A stretch of DNA of 35,657 nucleotides. It comes from Verrucomicrobiota bacterium (GTDB lineage: Bacteria > Verrucomicrobiota > Verrucomicrobiia > Verrucomicrobiales > V1-33). This document shows positions 34,289-35,657 of the stretch, piece after piece. The stretch lies in NCBI GenBank assembly GCA_031414455.1, contig JANNVM010000021.1, positions 1 through 35,657 on the forward strand, given 5' to 3'. The notes below the pieces were generated by a model. The model had not been told where the DNA came from, searched no databases, and saw only the letters and a list, made by a program, of their open reading frames with translations. A program made the position numbers and the translations under genes. Numbering within the stretch: position 1 is the stretch's first letter; every line of letters begins with the position of its first letter.

Positions 34289-35657
34289 TTGGCCGTCGTC
34301 GTCCGGGTCTTGCTGCGCCCGCACCGTGAACCTGCGTCACGCGTCGCGTGGGTTGCCACGATTGCGCTCGTGCCGGTCGCGGGAATGATTGCCTATCTGC
34401 TGTTCGGCGAGGTGAATCCCGGCCGCAGGCGGATTCAGAAGCTTCGCAAAACCCTGGCGGAAATGCCGCCGTTCCCCGCGGCAAGCACCGGGGACGAAGA
34501 CCATGCCCGGCCGCAAATCCCTGACGCCCGGGCGCATCTGTTTGAGGCCGGAAAGAGCATCAGCGGCTTTCCCGCCATGGGAGGCAACCGGGTGACGATG
34601 CCGGAGGATTCGAATGCCGTGATCGATCAACTCGTCGCCGACATTGATGCCGCCGCTGCTGATGTGCATCTCCTGTTCTATATTTGGCTGACCGACGACA
34701 ACGGATGCAAAGTCGCCGAAGCGCTGCGCCGCGCGGCCCGCCGGGGCGTCGTGTGCCGGGCCATGGTGGACGCTCTGGGGTCACGGCAGTTGCTGCGCTC
34801 CGAACTCTGGAAGTCCATGGAAAGTGACGGCGTGCGCCTTGCCGCCGCGCTGCCGGTTGCCAATCCCCTGCTCCGCCCGCTCAGTGGACGCCTCGATCTA
34901 CGCAATCACCGCAAACTCGCCGTCATTGACGGCCATATCGCCTACCTCGGCAGCCAGAACTGCGCCGATCCGGAATTCCGCATCAAAGCCAAATTCGCCC
35001 CGTGGGTGGATGCCATGCTCCGGATGGAAGGACCCGTCGCGCGGCAGAGTCTCCATGTGTTTGCGGGCGACTGGACCAGCGCCACGGGCGAGAAGCTGGA
35101 TGATTTGCTGAGTCAGCCCGTCAGCGCGCCGCATGACGGCTGCACCGCTCAAGTCATTGCCACCGGTCCCACCGGCTCGCCTCTGGCCGGACCCGGGATG
35201 TTTGTCGCCCTGCTCCATTCCGCCAGGAAAAATGTGGTCATCACCACGCCCTACTACGTGCCCGACGAATCCATCCAGCACGCCCTTTGCTCCTGCGCCC
35301 TGCGCGGCGTGGACACGACTGTAATTTTTCCCGCCCGCAACGACTCGTGGATCGTCGCCGCCGCCAGCCGCAGCTACTACGCGGACATGCTCGCCGCGGG
35401 CGTCAGGATTTACGAATACACGGGCGGGCTGCTGCACACGAAATCATTCACCATGGACGGCAGCATTACTCTCATCGGCTCGGCCAACCTTGACCGCCGC
35501 AGCTTTGAACTGAACTACGAAAACAACGTGCTGATCTGCGATGCGGGCGTCACCGCCATGGTGCGCGCCCGGCAGGATCAATATCTTGCGCAGTCCAACC
35601 CAGTGCTTCCGGAGGCCGTTCGCGCATGGCCACTCCCGCGCCGGCTTTGGAACAACA
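34289..35657 (+). CDS. cls: cardiolipin synthase (PLD superfamily), 3' partial at the window edge; start unresolved
   Basis: The frame is open from 34256 to the window end and is absent from the ORF track because it has no stop. My translation is ...HREPASRVAWVATIALVPVAGMIAYLLFGEVNPGRRR. Two HKD motifs, LRNHRKLAVIDG and LLHTKSFTMDG. The first canonical start after the in-frame TAG (34253) is TTG 34289. Confidence 0.85.
   Translation, partial: MAVVVRVLLRPHREPASRVAWVATIALVPVAGMIAYLLFGEVNPGRRRIQKLRKTLAEMPPFPAASTGDEDHARPQIPDARAHLFEAGKSISGFPAMGGNRVTMPEDSNAVIDQLVADIDAAAADVHLLFYIWLTDDNGCKVAEALRRAARRGVVCRAMVDALGSRQLLRSELWKSMESDGVRLAAALPVANPLLRPLSGRLDLRNHRKLAVIDGHIAYLGSQNCADPEFRIKAKFAPWVDAMLRMEGPVARQSLHVFAGDWTSATGEKLDDLLSQPVSAPHDGCTAQVIATGPTGSPLAGPGMFVALLHSARKNVVITTPYYVPDESIQHALCSCALRGVDTTVIFPARNDSWIVAAASRSYYADMLAAGVRIYEYTGGLLHTKSFTMDGSITLIGSANLDRRSFELNYENNVLICDAGVTAMVRARQDQYLAQSNPVLPEAVRAWPLPRRLWNN

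Noticed and set aside
670-35437. Many long ORFs in the six-frame track lie antisense to, or out of frame with, the called genes. Examples: 670..1230+, 3374..4192+, 4361..5851+, 5941..6810+, 7326..8267+, 10495..11250-, 12039..12833-, 12872..14032-, 17451..18926+, 19187..20050+, 20247..21017+, 24025..24666-, 25134..26030+, 26520..27617+, 28846..30111+, 32531..33631-, 34898..35437-.
   Set aside because: These are shadow ORFs typical of GC-rich DNA. Their translations are Arg/Ala/Gly/Pro-rich and low in complexity with no recognisable motifs. Each is fully covered by an opposite-strand or other-frame gene with strong family signatures.
1-35657. A search for CRISPR arrays, IS or transposon ends, integrase or recombinase genes, a DGR/retron reverse transcriptase, and toxin-antitoxin pairs.
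   Set aside because: No regularly spaced direct repeats, no terminal inverted repeats flanking a transposase-like ORF, and no RT (YxDD), DDE or tyrosine-recombinase motifs were seen in any plausible ORF. Apart from the left-edge islet, the window looks like core chromosome.

Overview
Visibly GC-rich chromosomal segment. The exact GC value was not computed. The gene content points to the PVC superphylum, most likely Verrucomicrobiota (inference): a cytochrome-like PSCyt protein next to a Tat-signal DUF1501 protein, a PEP-CTERM protein, a delta-60-repeat propeller protein, and many lipoprotein or secreted envelope enzymes. I call 27 protein-coding genes (one low confidence, one running off the right edge), one tRNA-Leu(CAG), five hairpin terminators and three repeat or palindrome elements. 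Housekeeping genes are ubiE/menG, ilvN-ilvC, bioF, an htrA-type protease, cls, an M29 aminopeptidase and a NarL-type two-component pair. I saw no CRISPR array, transposase, integrase, reverse transcriptase, rRNA or recognisable defence or toxin-antitoxin module. No single new system can be named with confidence. The best candidates for undescribed biology are as follows. (1) A 961-aa membrane protein fuses a PlsC-type acyltransferase to a permuted NlpC/P60 (YiiX-like) hydrolase, in a co-directional block with a CesA/CslA-like GT2 and an L,D-transpeptidase. (2) A 920-aa cytoplasmic fusion joins an AlkP-type phosphodiesterase, TPR repeats and a sulfotransferase. (3) A same-strand block at 14118-21562 encodes a secreted protein, an M23 peptidase, a split MFS-like/spermidine-synthase-like pair, a PSCyt-FGE protein and a DUF1501 protein. 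(4) Several nucleic-acid-level oddities: a hairpin-dense GC-rich leader followed by a low-GC islet at the left edge, a (GGGT)n G-quadruplex motif at a divergent start site, a 115-nt interrupted hairpin between cistrons, terminator hairpins abutting start codons, and an in-frame TAG at the cls N-terminus. All family assignments come from motif recognition by eye and need HMM or BLAST confirmation.
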